Assembly: GCA_040771865.1 (NCBI GenBank)
Contig: JAXGZF010000003.1
Location: 310,001-374,000 of the forward strand
From: Desulfobacterales bacterium
GTDB lineage: Bacteria > Desulfobacterota > Desulfobacteria > Desulfobacterales > UBA2245
Reading direction: 5' to 3'
DNA: 64,000 nt
Numbering within the stretch: position 1 is the stretch's first letter; the number at the start of each line of letters is the position of its first letter. Made by a program: the position numbers and the translations under genes. Shown in pieces: positions 48,172-60,060 of this stretch. A model generated the notes under the pieces. The model worked only from the letters and a program-made list of their open reading frames with translations. It was not told the DNA's origin and did not search any database.

Positions 48172-48189
48172 CACTTCAGAACAAAACAG

Positions 48190-48954
48190 TTACATCACGG
48201 ATGAACCGAAACTGGCTTTGATGTATTCACGGTTCAGACGGGCGATGTTGGTGATCTTGATTTCCTTCGGGCATGCGTTTTCGCATTCTCTTTCATTGGT
48301 GCAGTTGCCGAATCCGCAAAGATCCATGGTCCTGACCATCTTGATGGCCCGAATGGCCGCCTCGGGTTTGCCCTGGGGCAGCAGCGCGAGCTGGGAAACC
48401 TTGGCGCTGACAAACAGCATGGCCGAAGCGTTGGGGCAGGATGCCGCGCAGGCGCCGCAGCCGATGCAGGCAGCCGCATCCATGGCCAGTTCCGCGTTTT
48501 CCTGCTTGATCGGAATCGCGCTGGCGTCACCGGCCTGAGAGGTGTTGACGGACACAAAACCGCCGGCCTGAATGATCTTGTCGTACGGACTGCGATCCAC
48601 CGCCAGGTCTCGAATGATCTTGAATGCCTTGACTCTCCACGGTTCGATGGCGATGGTGTCGCCGTCGTCGAATTTTCTCATGTGCAGCTGGCACAGCGTG
48701 GTGGCCTTCTGGGGACCATGAGCCCGTCCGTTGACGACGCAGCCGCACATTCCGCAGATGCCCTCCCGGCAGTCGTTGTCGAACTGAATCGGCTCCTTGC
48801 CGTCCAGGGTCAGCTGCTCATTGACGACGTCCAGCATCTCCAGAAAGGACATGTCGGTTGAAACATTATTGGCTTGATAGGTTTCAAACCCGCCTTTATC
48901 TTCAGCGTTTCTTTGGCGCCAGACCTTAAGTGTTAGATTGATGGTTTTTGTCAC
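48190..48954 (-). CDS. sdhB: Succinate dehydrogenase/fumarate reductase Fe-S subunit
   Basis: [25 protein letters not shown]. Confidence 0.95.
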   Translation of the reverse strand: MTKTINLTLKVWRQRNAEDKGGFETYQANNVSTDMSFLEMLDVVNEQLTLDGKEPIQFDNDCREGICGMCGCVVNGRAHGPQKATTLCQLHMRKFDDGDTIAIEPWRVKAFKIIRDLAVDRSPYDKIIQAGGFVSVNTSQAGDASAIPIKQENAELAMDAAACIGCGACAASCPNASAMLFVSAKVSQLALLPQGKPEAAIRAIKMVRTMDLCGFGNCTNERECENACPKEIKITNIARLNREYIKASFGSSVM

Positions 48955-50864
48955 TTGTAACTCCTTTGCGTTAATTTCACGTTTTCAAAAACCAAAGGCT
49001 CCTTGTGCAGGTTAGGATCCTTGCCATAGCCGGCATATTCCCAGGCAGCTACGTAGCAGTATTCATCGTCTTTTCGAAGGGCTTCGCCTTCCTCGGTCTG
49101 GGATTCTTCCCGCAGATGGCATCCGCAGGATTCGTTTCGGTTCAGGGCGTCCATGACCATGACCTCTGCGAACTCGAGGTAATCGGCCAGACGGCCGGCT
49201 TTTTCCACGGCCAGGTTGAAGTCCTTGTCGGAGCCGGGTACCGTGCAGTTCTGCCAGAATTCATCGCGAAGGGCGCGAATCTGTTCTTTGGCCTTCTTGA
49301 GTCCTGCCTCGTTACGGGCCATGCCGCAGTTGTCCCACATGATCAGACCCATTTCACGGTGAATGTTTTCAACCGTGCGTTTTCCCTTGAGGGCCATGAC
49401 TTTTTCTTTGCGCTGAACGACCTGGTCAAGGGATTCCTTGAAGGCCGGATTGTCGGTTTTGACCTTCGGCTTGCCGTACCACTGGGACAGGTAACCGCCG
49501 ATGGTGTAAGGAATGACAAAGTATCCATCCCCCAGACCCTGCATCAGGGCGCTGGCGCCGAGGCGGTTGGCGCCGTGATCGGAGAAGTTGGCTTCGCCGA
49601 GCACGAACAGGCCGGGAATGTTGCTCATCAGGTTGTAGTCCACCCAGAGGCCGCCCATGGTGTAATGGGAAGCCGGATAGATCATCATGGGCACCTGGTA
49701 GGGATCCTCGGCCACGATCCGTTCATACATCTCAAACAGGTTGCCGTATTTTTTCTCAACGGTCGCCTTGCCGTCGCGTTTGATCGCATCGGCAAAATCC
49801 AAGTAGACCGCGCGTCCGGTTCCGACGCCCAGGCCCTTGTCGCACTGCTCTTTGGCGTTACGGGAAGCCACGTCTCTGGGCACCAGGTTGCCGAAGGCCG
49901 GGTATTTTTCTTCCAGATAGTACAGACGATCGCTTTCGGGAATGTCGTTCGGCGCACGGGTGTCGCCCGCTTTTCTGGGAACCCATACGCGTCCGTCGTT
50001 TCTCAGACTTTCGCTCATCAGGGTGAGTTTGGACTGAAAGTCGCCGTGAACCGGAATGCAGGTCGGGTGAATCTGGGTGAAACAGGGATTGGCGAAAAGC
50101 GCGCCCTTTTTATAAGCGCGGAAAGCCGCACCCACGTTGCATGAAGTGGCGTTGGTGGACAGGAAGAAAACGTTTCCGTATCCGCCGGTGGCCAGAACGA
50201 CTGCGTCGGCCGCATAGGTTTCGAACTCGCCGTTGAGCAGGTTCCGGACAACGATGCCGCGGGCATGGCCGTCGACTACGACCAGATCCATCATTTCGCG
50301 GCGGGTGTACATCTTGACCTTGCCGATGCCGATCTGGCGGGACAATGCGCTGTAGGCGCCGAGCAGCAGCTGCTGGCCTGTCTGGCCGCGTGCGTAGAAT
50401 GTACGGGAAACCTGGGCGCCGCCGAAGGAGCGGTTGGCAAGCTGTCCGCCGTAATCGCGGGCAAAGGGAACGCCCTGGGCCACGCACTGATCGATGATGT
50501 TGTTGCTGATCTGGGCCAGGCGGTAAACGTTGCCTTCTCTGGCTCTGAAGTCGCCGCCCTTGATCGTGTCGTAGAACAGACGGAAGATGCTGTCGCCGTC
50601 ATTGGTGTAGTTTTTGGCTGCGTTCATGCCGCCCTGCGCGGCAATACTGTGAGCGCGGCGAGGACTGTCCTGAATACAGAAAACGGACACCTCGTAACCC
50701 AATTCCGCGAGGGATGCGGCGGCTGAACTGCCGGCAAGACCGGTACCAACAACGATGATGTTGAACTTTCTTTTGTTGGCGGCGTTGACCAGCTTTAATT
50801 CGAACCGGTGTCTATCCCATTTAGTTTCTAGTGGACCACCTGGGACCTTTCCATCAAGCTGCAT
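48951..50864 (-). CDS. sdhA: Succinate dehydrogenase/fumarate reductase flavoprotein
   Basis: [16 protein letters not shown] (FAD His), QIHPT, HYTMGG, HGANRLG. Confidence 0.96.
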   Translation of the reverse strand: MQLDGKVPGGPLETKWDRHRFELKLVNAANKRKFNIIVVGTGLAGSSAAASLAELGYEVSVFCIQDSPRRAHSIAAQGGMNAAKNYTNDGDSIFRLFYDTIKGGDFRAREGNVYRLAQISNNIIDQCVAQGVPFARDYGGQLANRSFGGAQVSRTFYARGQTGQQLLLGAYSALSRQIGIGKVKMYTRREMMDLVVVDGHARGIVVRNLLNGEFETYAADAVVLATGGYGNVFFLSTNATSCNVGAAFRAYKKGALFANPCFTQIHPTCIPVHGDFQSKLTLMSESLRNDGRVWVPRKAGDTRAPNDIPESDRLYYLEEKYPAFGNLVPRDVASRNAKEQCDKGLGVGTGRAVYLDFADAIKRDGKATVEKKYGNLFEMYERIVAEDPYQVPMMIYPASHYTMGGLWVDYNLMSNIPGLFVLGEANFSDHGANRLGASALMQGLGDGYFVIPYTIGGYLSQWYGKPKVKTDNPAFKESLDQVVQRKEKVMALKGKRTVENIHREMGLIMWDNCGMARNEAGLKKAKEQIRALRDEFWQNCTVPGSDKDFNLAVEKAGRLADYLEFAEVMVMDALNRNESCGCHLREESQTEEGEALRKDDEYCYVAAWEYAGYGKDPNLHKEPLVFENVKLTQRSYK

Positions 50865-50877
50865 ATCATTAACCTCC

Positions 50878-51519
50878 TTATGCGATTAGCGAAACATAGA
50901 TCGGAATAAAACCAAATCCCACCCCGACGATGACTGCAAATACAACTGAAAGCCCCATGATGAAGGGCATGTATTTGGGGTGATTGAGTCCCAGCGTCTG
51001 AAAACCGCTCCAGAGGCCGTGGCTGACATGGATGGCAGCGATAATCACGGCGACAATGTAGATCAGAACGGATCCGAACTGGGAAAAGGTGGTGACCAGG
51101 ATCTGGAAATCATTGGTGTTGGTTTTGTCCACAAAGCGGAACGTAAACAGATGAAGCAGAACGAAAAGAATAATCAGAATGCCGGTGTAGGGCATGGTTG
51201 CTGATCCGATGGTTCGCCCGCCCGCGCTTTTGTAGGTGTTGTACCGAATCGGTCTGGATTTGAGATTCTGCAAATACAGCGTCAAACCCGTGATGATGTG
51301 GATCAGCGCCAGAGCAATCAGTCCAAATTCGGCGAGGGTGATCAGAACGCCTAACGCATGGAGGTGTTCAACATAGCCCAGGAACATCTCTTTTCCTCCA
51401 TAAACGGTCAGGTTTCCGATGAGGTGCACTGCCAGGAAACCGCAGAAGCACAGCCCCGTCACAGCCATCATCAGTTTTTTTCCGATGGAACTAGTTAGGG
51501 TGTTTACAAGCCAATTCAT
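50878..51519 (-). CDS. sdhC: Succinate dehydrogenase/fumarate reductase cytochrome b558 subunit
   Basis: [13 protein letters not shown], five TM helices with heme-ligand His, [11 protein letters not shown]; alternative start 51531. Confidence 0.93.
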   Translation of the reverse strand: MNWLVNTLTSSIGKKLMMAVTGLCFCGFLAVHLIGNLTVYGGKEMFLGYVEHLHALGVLITLAEFGLIALALIHIITGLTLYLQNLKSRPIRYNTYKSAGGRTIGSATMPYTGILIILFVLLHLFTFRFVDKTNTNDFQILVTTFSQFGSVLIYIVAVIIAAIHVSHGLWSGFQTLGLNHPKYMPFIMGLSVVFAVIVGVGFGFIPIYVSLIA

Positions 51520-51590
51520 CGTTTCCTCCATTTCCTCCCAAAATTAAAGAATTATGAAACCACAAACATGAATCCCTAAAGGTCACAGCT

Positions 51591-52160
51591 TTATTTATTT
51601 TTTGGCGGATTGTCAATATAATTTTTGCGCCACCAGTCGGCCGAATCGGCATGCCAAATGTTTTCAAAAAGATTTTTTCCGGTCGGTGTTTGAATGCGTC
51701 CGGCGAGGTTCCGCATCCACTGCCTCGGAGGGTCAAACCCCGAATCAGTCAGGAATTTCAATTCCAGAAGCAGGGCCAGCTGATCCGCGTCCCGGGCCAG
51801 GGAGGCTTCCATGGAAGCGTCGGCGTCAAATTCCTGAATCAGCGCCGCCAGCTGTTTTCCGAACCATACATCATTCAGGGCGTCTTCCAGAGCCCTGGTT
51901 GCGTCGGCGGACACATACTTTTTCTGGACATAATTCAGGTCTCCGGTTCTGGCTTCGGCAAGATCGTGGATCAGGCACATGGAAACCAGCCGAAGCGCAT
52001 CGATTCCGGGCGTCATTCGGGCCATGATCATTCCGATAAATGCGGTCATGAAACTGTGTTCGGCCACCGACTCCCGGCCGACGCCAAGGAATCGATATCC
52101 GGTTCTGGGCGTGTGTTTCAGCATGCGGGCTTCAAAAAGCAGATTGACGATGTCCTTCAT
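51591..52160 (-). CDS. HD-domain hydrolase (YfbR-like 5'-deoxynucleotidase family)
   Basis: RTGY, ESVAEHS, IHDLAEARTGD, DADQL. Confidence 0.9.
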   Translation of the reverse strand: MKDIVNLLFEARMLKHTPRTGYRFLGVGRESVAEHSFMTAFIGMIMARMTPGIDALRLVSMCLIHDLAEARTGDLNYVQKKYVSADATRALEDALNDVWFGKQLAALIQEFDADASMEASLARDADQLALLLELKFLTDSGFDPPRQWMRNLAGRIQTPTGKNLFENIWHADSADWWRKNYIDNPPKNK

Positions 52161-52173
52161 GAACGATCCTTTT

Positions 52174-52210
52174 CATTCCGGCGAAGCGATTCTTACGCTT
52201 CGCCGGAATG
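52174..52210. repeat. 15-bp perfect inverted repeat (REP-like hairpin)
   Basis: CATTCCGGCGAAGCG-attctta-CGCTTCGCCGGAATG. Confidence 0.8.
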
Positions 52211-52478
52211 CATCCTTAATTAAAAGAAACCACATCGGGGAGTATGTCGTGTTTGAACCATGAGGTTATTACCAGCAAAGCTCTTGACACCGCAATGGAT
52301 ATCATATAATGACGATTCCAAATGTTTTTAGTAACTTGAAATTATTGACAGTTTGTTTTTACAATTTCCTGAATGAATTTTGATGGTCTTGTACAAGGTC
52401 AAAAAGGCGATGGCAACCCGAAAACGGGACGCTTGGCGAAGCCGTCCGTTTTGATCGACGCCGAATCGGAGCAAACTC

Positions 52479-53176
<698 letters not shown>

Positions 53177-53177
<1 letters not shown>

Positions 53178-53623
53178 TGGCCATGGGAAGCGGGGGTCCG
53201 GACCGTTTTATGTCGGACATCAATGTGACGCCTTTTGTCGATGTCATGCTGGTGCTATTAATCATTTTCATGGTTACGGCGCCCATGATGGTGCAGGGGG
53301 TTCATGTGGCTCTGCCCGAAACCACGGCCGAATCTCTGCCGTCGGACGAGGAGACCCTGGTGGTCGCTGTCGACAGGGAAAGCCGGATCTACATCAACGA
53401 TTATATGATTACGATCGATATGCTGAAGGAAAAACTGGAGAAGATTCTTCAGGAGCGTTCGGATCGCAACGTATATCTTCGGGCGGATAAGGACGTTGCC
53501 TACGGGGCCGTAGTCCAGGCCATGGCGGAGATCAAGGCGGCCGGCGTAGAAAAGCTCGGCATGATCACCCTTCCGCAAACCGGGGAGACCGAGGCAAAAA
53601 GGTCCAAAACCGACAAGCGATGA
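53177..53623 (+). CDS. tolR: TolR
   Basis: INVTPFVDVMLVLLIIFMVTAP; RADK. Confidence 0.95.
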
Positions 53624-54522
53624 AACCGACACGTCCGATTCAGGCGCATTCATTTTATCGCGGCGTTGATCATAAAGGGCTGATTGCAATGCTTGCCGTC
53701 TCCTGCGCGGTTCATCTGGCGGCGATCGCTCTTACCGCGTTCGTGATTGCGCATAAACCCGCTTACAGGCGTTCTTCTCCATCGGTCATCAATGTCACCA
53801 TGGTTTCCTTTCCGTCCAGGGGGCCTGAGGCAAAGCCAGCCGCACCCGCCGCCCCGAAGGCTGAAACGCCTGCGGAGAAAAAAATTCCGGAACCGGCGCC
53901 GAAGGAAAAACCGCCGGTCCCTGTTGTTCAGGAAAAACCGGTTCCTCCGCCCCCCAAGCCCGAGGCGGTTTCCATTGCCAAAAAAACCGAGCCTGTGAAA
54001 CCCAAGGAGTCGCTCAAGAAAAAAACCTTTAAACCGGACAAGGTCGTTGAAAGCGCTGTCAAGCGCATCGAGGCCAGGGCCGAGTCGACGAAACCCGATC
54101 CTTTGGCTCAGGCTCTGGCCAGGCTCAAAAAGGATGTGGCAAAAGGCCGGCCGAATCCATCCGTTGAATCCGAATTGCCGGCCGGATCCGGTTCTTCGGC
54201 CGGAGGCGAGGGCGGCGGCGAGGTCGGGACGATCTGGGAGGTTTATGCAAACACTGTCGTCAAGGAAGAGGTTCGAAAAAACTGGGCCTTTTCCGAACAG
54301 CTTGCCGGAAACATTCAGAACGCAGAGGCGAGTCTGGTGATCACGATCGCGCCCAGCGGCCAGATCGAGGACATATGGTTTGAAACCAAATCCGGCAATG
54401 CGTATCTGGACGAATCGGCCTACCGGGCGGTAAAAAAATCCAATCCCCTGCCGCCGCTTCCGGCTGGACGCAAATCGTCCTTGAGCGTGGGGCTGTTTTT
54501 TACGCCGGCGGGCGTGCAATAA
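53620..54522 (+). CDS. tolA: TolA/TonB-family protein
   Basis: TM with SxxxH, P/K/E-rich stalk, SGNAYLDESAYRAV; between tolR and tolB. Confidence 0.88.
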   Translation: MKPTRPIQAHSFYRGVDHKGLIAMLAVSCAVHLAAIALTAFVIAHKPAYRRSSPSVINVTMVSFPSRGPEAKPAAPAAPKAETPAEKKIPEPAPKEKPPVPVVQEKPVPPPPKPEAVSIAKKTEPVKPKESLKKKTFKPDKVVESAVKRIEARAESTKPDPLAQALARLKKDVAKGRPNPSVESELPAGSGSSAGGEGGGEVGTIWEVYANTVVKEEVRKNWAFSEQLAGNIQNAEASLVITIAPSGQIEDIWFETKSGNAYLDESAYRAVKKSNPLPPLPAGRKSSLSVGLFFTPAGVQ

Positions 54523-54658
54523 TGAGGCGTCGGCAGTCAGGAAACCCGGCGCCGATGCCGATGAAACGCATTCCGGCACGGCACCTTGCCGCACTGCGGC
54601 AAAGCATGATCATGGCCGGGCTGTTTATACGCCATACCAGAAAGGATGTATTTGAACC

Positions 54659-56011
54659 ATGAAGCGGGTTGTTGAACATTTGAACGCGAGGCTGGTTTTT
54701 GTCTGCCTGCTGGCTCTGGCGCTCGCCTGTCCGGCCTTCGGGAAGACCCCCGATGTTTATATCAATATCAGCGACCCTTTTCTGAAAAAGATCCCCATTG
54801 CTGTTCCGGTTTTCAAGGGGATTTCCGGAAACGATTCGGAACCGGCGAAGTGCGCCGAAGCAGCGGATATGCTTTCCCGGACCCTGGATTTTACCGGTTA
54901 TTTCAAGCTGCTGGATCGCGGAAGTTTTCTTTTCGATCCCCGAAAGGACGATATCGTCGGGTCCGGCATCAACTTTCAGAACTGGACGACCGTCGGCGCG
55001 GATCTGCTGATCACCGGCGGCCTGCTGGTGCAGGGCGACGCCGTGGAGGCGGAGCTTCGGCTTTTCGACAGTTTCAGGGGACAGATGCGGGTCGGGAAAA
55101 AATATCGGGGCCACACCGGGGATCTTCTCAAGATCATGCGCCGGTTTGCCGGAGAGGTCATCTACAGCATCACCGGAGAAAGAGGGATATTCGATACCCA
55201 GATCGCCTTTGTTTCCACACAGACCGGCGCCAAGGAAATTTTTGTATGCGATTTTGACGGATATGATCCCAGGCCCGTCACCCGGAGCGGGAGCATCAGC
55301 CTTTCTCCGGCCTGGTCTTCGGACGGTCAGTGGCTCGCCTTCACTTCCTACGCGCGGGGGAAGCCGGAGCTTCACATCCGGCATCTGAAGGAAAACAGGG
55401 GCGCGATCGTGGCCAAAGAGGGGGTGAATATTTCTCCTGCGTGGTTTCCCGGCCAGTTTGCCCTGGCGGCCACCCTTTCATTTTCGGGCGATTCGGAAAT
55501 TTACCTCTTGACGGGAGAGGGCAATATCATTAAAAGACTGACCCATAATCCGGGTATTGACGTTTCGCCTTCTTTTTCGCCTGACGGAAAACAGATGGCG
55601 TTTGTGTCGAATCGTTCCGGAAATCCGCATATATACATTCAGGAGCTTGCTTCCGGTCAGGTCCGCAGATTGACTTTTCAAGGCCGATACAATACCCAGC
55701 CCGCATGGTCGCCGAAGGGCGATCGCATCGCCTATTGCGGTTCAAATGACGGGCTGTTCAATATTCACGTCATCGGCGTCAACGCTGCGGAGTCGGTTCA
55801 GCTCACCGGGAATGCGGGAAACAACGAGTCCCCGAGCTGGTCTCCGGACGGGAATCTGATTGCGTTCAGTTCCACGCGCCAGGGACCTTCCCGGATTTAC
55901 GTGATGAATGTTAACGGAACCGATCAACGAATGTTGGTGAACCTGCCCGGCGAGCAGTCCGGTCCCAGGTGGTCGCCGCCGATTATCAACCTGGAAAAAC
56001 CACTGGATTAA
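54659..56011 (+). CDS. tolB: TolB
   Basis: Signal peptide, TolB N-domain, repeated SPxWSPDG beta-propeller. Confidence 0.96.
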   Translation: MKRVVEHLNARLVFVCLLALALACPAFGKTPDVYINISDPFLKKIPIAVPVFKGISGNDSEPAKCAEAADMLSRTLDFTGYFKLLDRGSFLFDPRKDDIVGSGINFQNWTTVGADLLITGGLLVQGDAVEAELRLFDSFRGQMRVGKKYRGHTGDLLKIMRRFAGEVIYSITGERGIFDTQIAFVSTQTGAKEIFVCDFDGYDPRPVTRSGSISLSPAWSSDGQWLAFTSYARGKPELHIRHLKENRGAIVAKEGVNISPAWFPGQFALAATLSFSGDSEIYLLTGEGNIIKRLTHNPGIDVSPSFSPDGKQMAFVSNRSGNPHIYIQELASGQVRRLTFQGRYNTQPAWSPKGDRIAYCGSNDGLFNIHVIGVNAAESVQLTGNAGNNESPSWSPDGNLIAFSSTRQGPSRIYVMNVNGTDQRMLVNLPGEQSGPRWSPPIINLEKPLD

Positions 56012-56204
56012 AAAAGGAGAGATAGACATCCGCAGGGCCTTGTGGCCCCAATTGAAATGATGAAATTGTACGGAACCAATCAGAGTGTGTTGTTGAACTT
56101 GTCCGGCGAGCAGTCCAGCCGACAGGCGGTCGCCGCCGAGTATCCATCAGGAAAAATTACGGGAATTTGAAAAAGGAGAGATAGACATGCGCAGAGTGTT
56201 GTGG
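55902..56204. repeat. Degenerate ~157-bp tandem duplication spanning tolB 3' end and pal start
   Basis: CCGGCGAGCAGTCC at 55947 and 56103; AAAAAGGAGAGATAGACAT at 56011 and 56170. Confidence 0.88.
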
Positions 56205-56774
56205 ATGATTTTTGTTTTATGTTTTGTCATGTCAGGAATGCTTTTTACGGTTTCCTGCGCCAAGAAGACCATCAGTTCGGATGCCGCTCTTTCACAGGCC
56301 GAGGCGGATGCCCAGAGACTGGCTGCGGAAAGAGCCCGGCAGGAGGAGCTGGCCCGGCAGCGCGCTCTCGAGGAACAGCGCCTTGAGGAAGAAAGGCAAA
56401 GAGCCGCGGCCCTGCAGCGTGAAGGCATGACCGAGCGTGAAAGGTTCATCAATGAAGATATTCATTTTGATTTCGACAGCTCCGTGCTGAGCGCCGAGGC
56501 CCAGCAGATTCTGCTGGACAAGGCCCAGTGGATGCGAAAAAATTCAGAGGCTTCCGTGGTCATCGAGGGACATTGCGATGAACGCGGCACCAATGAATAC
56601 AACCTGGCGCTGGGAGACAGAAGGGCTCGAAGCGCGAAGGCTTACCTGTTTGATCTTGGGATTTCCGCATCCCGTATGCAAACCGTCAGCTATGGAGAAG
56701 AACGGCCTCTGGATCCCGGTCATGACGAGGCCGCATGGGCCCGGAATCGAAGAGCTCATTTTGAAATCCGGTAA
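56187..56774 (+). CDS. pal: Peptidoglycan-associated lipoprotein Pal
   Basis: Lipobox [31 protein letters not shown]. Confidence 0.97.
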   Translation: MRRVLWMIFVLCFVMSGMLFTVSCAKKTISSDAALSQAEADAQRLAAERARQEELARQRALEEQRLEEERQRAAALQREGMTERERFINEDIHFDFDSSVLSAEAQQILLDKAQWMRKNSEASVVIEGHCDERGTNEYNLALGDRRARSAKAYLFDLGISASRMQTVSYGEERPLDPGHDEAAWARNRRAHFEIR

Positions 56775-56786
56775 TACCGGAGCTTT

Positions 56787-56829
56787 TAATACCGGCCCGT
56801 CGGCAAATTCATGACCGATGGGCCGGTAT
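56787..56829 (+). terminator. Hairpin after pal (terminator or mRNA stabiliser)
   Basis: ATACCGGCCCGTCGG...CCGATGGGCCGGTAT followed by T-rich sequence. Confidence 0.6.
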
Positions 56830-56888
56830 ATTCATTTTTGCTTTCTTGACGCATCATGTATTTTCCAAATCCTTCGAGAGCGGTGATC

Positions 56889-57746
56889 ATGAGATCCTTA
56901 TCATGCTGGTTTATTTTTGTTTGGGTTTTCGGCGCCGGCTGCGCCATGCAGCAGGATGTCGCCGTGCTTCACGACCGTATTTCCCTTCTGGAAACCCGTA
57001 ATTCCGAACTGGAAAAGCAGAACGCCGCACTGAAAACAAAGGCCGACGCGATCGATGCCCGCCTGGAAGATTACGCAAAGGTGCGAACGGAAGAAGACCA
57101 GGGGGTTCGGGAGCAAACCGCGGGCATGCGCGCTTCGTTTTCGGCCCTTCAGGAACAGATTCGCGAGTTGCAGGGGCGGATTGAGGAAACCGAACATGCG
57201 ATCAGCCGGGGAGTTTCCGCCGGAAAGGACGGCGAACAGCCCGAGTCTCAGTTGAACCGCATGGACGATCTGTTGCGCCGGAATCAGGACCGGCTGGACC
57301 GGCTGGAACAATACCTGAACCTGGAGATCACGGAAAACAATGCGGCCAAACCCCCGGTTTCTTCCTCCGGCGGTGAGCCGAGCGAAGCGGAATTGTACAA
57401 CGCCGCCAAGCAGGCTCTGGATAAGGGAGATTTTGAAACGGCCCGCCAGGGATTTCAGAATTATCTGAAAAAATATCCGGCCTCCAAGACGGCGAACAAC
57501 GCGCAGTTCTGGCTGGGAGAGGTTTACTACCGTGAGAAATGGTATGAGAAAGCCATACTGGAATACCAGCAGGTCATTGAAAAATATCCCAAGGGGAGCA
57601 AGGTTCCCGCGGCCATGCTCAAGCAGGGGCTGTCCTTTTACAATATCGGTGATAAGGCCAACGGCCGTTTGATTCTTCAGGAACTGGTGAAGAAATTTCC
57701 CGGAACCAATGAGGCGAAGATAGCCGGAAAAAAATTGAATCCCTGA
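56889..57746 (+). CDS. cpoB: Tol-Pal protein CpoB/YbgF
   Basis: Lipoprotein-like signal (GAGC), coiled coil, TPR (NAQFWLGE, KVPAAMLKQG); follows pal. Confidence 0.92.
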   Translation: MRSLSCWFIFVWVFGAGCAMQQDVAVLHDRISLLETRNSELEKQNAALKTKADAIDARLEDYAKVRTEEDQGVREQTAGMRASFSALQEQIRELQGRIEETEHAISRGVSAGKDGEQPESQLNRMDDLLRRNQDRLDRLEQYLNLEITENNAAKPPVSSSGGEPSEAELYNAAKQALDKGDFETARQGFQNYLKKYPASKTANNAQFWLGEVYYREKWYEKAILEYQQVIEKYPKGSKVPAAMLKQGLSFYNIGDKANGRLILQELVKKFPGTNEAKIAGKKLNP

Positions 57747-57875
57747 TGAATGGCGGACCGATACGGATATTCTCATCCACATGCGCCTTGGCGTCCGAAT
57801 GTGTTTTTGCACCATTTTCTGAAGACAGCCCGGCCGATAGTGCCGCCTCAGATTTTAACGTGAAAAGGATCATCA

Positions 57876-58382
57876 ATGCGCAGGCCCATCAAGACCATCG
57901 GCATTGATCCCGGTCTGGCCGCCACCGGCATCGGCATCGTCAGCGGATCCGGACACGACATTCGGTCGCATGCTTACGGGGGAATACGGACCTCCAAGCG
58001 CGACGCCCTTCCCGAACGACTCAATCAGATCTATTCAAAGCTCGTTGCTTTGCTGAAGGAAGAAGCCCCGAATCAGATGGTTGTGGAGGACGTCTTTTCC
58101 CTGGAAAAATATCCCTCCTCGGGCATTACCCTGGGCAAGGTGACCGGCGTGATTCTTCTGGCCGGATGCCGGGCCGGCGTCTCCGTGGTCTCGATTCCGG
58201 TGCGGGAAGCAAAACAGGTGTTGACCGGAAACGGGAATGCCAGCAAAATTCAGCTTGAAAAGGCGGTGCGTCATGTTTTAAATATTGCATCGCCCATTCG
58301 GCCTTTTCATGCCTCCGACGCTCTGGCGCTTGCCCTGATCGGCATGTTCCGGGCTTTCGGAATCCCGTCGGGCCAAGGATAG
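57876..58382 (+). CDS. ruvC: Crossover junction endodeoxyribonuclease RuvC
   Basis: IGIDPG, VVE, GNGNASK, HASDALALA. Confidence 0.95.
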   Translation: MRRPIKTIGIDPGLAATGIGIVSGSGHDIRSHAYGGIRTSKRDALPERLNQIYSKLVALLKEEAPNQMVVEDVFSLEKYPSSGITLGKVTGVILLAGCRAGVSVVSIPVREAKQVLTGNGNASKIQLEKAVRHVLNIASPIRPFHASDALALALIGMFRAFGIPSGQG

Positions 58383-58387
58383 AAACC

Positions 58388-59002
58388 ATGATCGGTTATC
58401 TGGAAGGAAAACTGCTGAAATTTGACGAAGACCGGATTCTGCTTCTGACGCATCAGGTGGGCTATGAGATTCTTCTGCCGGCGGTGGTGATGAAAACCAT
58501 TCGGCAGAAAGCCATCGGCGATGAGATATCGCTTTATATCTATTATCACCAGACCGAACGCCAGCCCAAACCGGTGTTGATCGGTTTTAATTCCGAAGCG
58601 GAAAAGGAGTTTTTTCAGCAGTTCATCAGCGTGGGAGATATCGGACCGTTGAAGGCGGCCAAAGCCCTGACGCTTCCGATACAAGACATTGCCAGGGCGA
58701 TCGAGAGCCGGAATGTGGTTGTGCTATCCCGATTAAAGGGTATCGGCGAACGGACCGCACAGAAGATTATTGCGGCGCTTTGCGGACGGATCGACAGATT
58801 TGTTTTGGCGCACGGGCCCGAAGCCGGACCGGGGGAAGCCTTTTCCGATGCGTCCGCGCCGGTTTACAGAGTACTGGTCGAGCAGCTCGGCCACCGGCCC
58901 GCGGATGCCCGGAACATGATTGCCCAGGCCCTGAAGCGCAACAGCGCCATTTCCACTCCCGAAGAACTGTTTGACGAGGTTTACCGCGGGGAGACGCCCT
59001 GA
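58388..59002 (+). CDS. ruvA: Holliday junction branch migration protein RuvA
   Basis: MIGYLEG, VGYE, HhH IGPLKA and [10 protein letters not shown]. Confidence 0.93.
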   Translation: MIGYLEGKLLKFDEDRILLLTHQVGYEILLPAVVMKTIRQKAIGDEISLYIYYHQTERQPKPVLIGFNSEAEKEFFQQFISVGDIGPLKAAKALTLPIQDIARAIESRNVVVLSRLKGIGERTAQKIIAALCGRIDRFVLAHGPEAGPGEAFSDASAPVYRVLVEQLGHRPADARNMIAQALKRNSAISTPEELFDEVYRGETP

Positions 59003-60045
59003 TGTCCAAAGGAATTATCACGCATTCATCGACCCGGCCCGAAATCATCACCGGAGTCAGCCTGCCCATGGACGAGACGCCCGAACTCCTGTCCCTGAGA
59101 CCGGAGCGGCTGTCCGAATATGTCGGCCAGAAAGAGGCGGTGGAAACCCTGGCCATTGCCATCGAGGCGGCCAGGCTGAGAAAAGAGCCCCTGGATCACG
59201 TCCTTTTTCACGGGCCTCCGGGGCTGGGCAAGACCACGCTGGCCCATATCATCGCCAATGAAATGGGAAGCCGGTTGACCATCACTTCCGGCCCCGCGCT
59301 TGAAAAGGGCGGGGACCTGGTCGGCATTCTGACCCATCTCGAGGACGGAGACGTGCTGTTTATCGACGAGATTCACCGGATTCCCAAGGCGGTGGAGGAA
59401 TTTCTCTATCCGGCCATGGAAGATTTTGCCGTGGATTTTGTTTTTGACAAGGGGGTTCACGCCCGCAGCCACCGGTATCGTCTCAAGCGTTTCTCGCTGG
59501 TGGGTGCGACCACGCGGGTGGGACTGCTCTCCGCCCCGCTGCGGGACCGGTTCGGCATCTTCCGAAATCTCGATTTTTATTCCGTAGAGGATCTGGTCGT
59601 CATCACCCGGCGGTCGGCGCATCTGCTCGATGCGGCGATTGATGACGGCGGCGCCGGAGAGCTTGCCAGACGCAGCCGGGGGACGCCGCGGATCGTCAAC
59701 CGGCTGTTGAAACGGGTCCGGGATTACGCTCAGGTGCGAACCGACGGGGTGATCACCGCAAAGACCGTGAGTGAAGCACTCGCGCTGGAAGGCGTGGATG
59801 AAAAAGGCCTGACCCGGCTGGACCGCCGCTATCTTCAGACCATCATCGAATTTTACAACGGCGGCCCGGTGGGCATCGAGGCCATCGCCGCGACCCTGCA
59901 GGAGGAAGCGGACACGCTGGTTGACGTGGTGGAGCCCTATCTGCTGAAAACCGGTCTGGTGCTTCGAACCTCTTCCGGCCGCCGGGCCTCGGAATCCGCC
60001 TATATACATCTGGGGCTGCCCGTTCAGGGCAAATTCTTTCCCTGA
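59002..60045 (+). CDS. ruvB: Holliday junction helicase RuvB
   Basis: [28 protein letters not shown]. Confidence 0.98.
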   Translation: MSKGIITHSSTRPEIITGVSLPMDETPELLSLRPERLSEYVGQKEAVETLAIAIEAARLRKEPLDHVLFHGPPGLGKTTLAHIIANEMGSRLTITSGPALEKGGDLVGILTHLEDGDVLFIDEIHRIPKAVEEFLYPAMEDFAVDFVFDKGVHARSHRYRLKRFSLVGATTRVGLLSAPLRDRFGIFRNLDFYSVEDLVVITRRSAHLLDAAIDDGGAGELARRSRGTPRIVNRLLKRVRDYAQVRTDGVITAKTVSEALALEGVDEKGLTRLDRRYLQTIIEFYNGGPVGIEAIAATLQEEADTLVDVVEPYLLKTGLVLRTSSGRRASESAYIHLGLPVQGKFFP

Positions 60046-60060
60046 TGCCAGTGAGCGCAT

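Noticed and set aside
54575..54592. Sigma54-like CGGCACGGCACCTTGC before tolB
   Set aside because: GG-to-GC spacing is 11, not the required 10.
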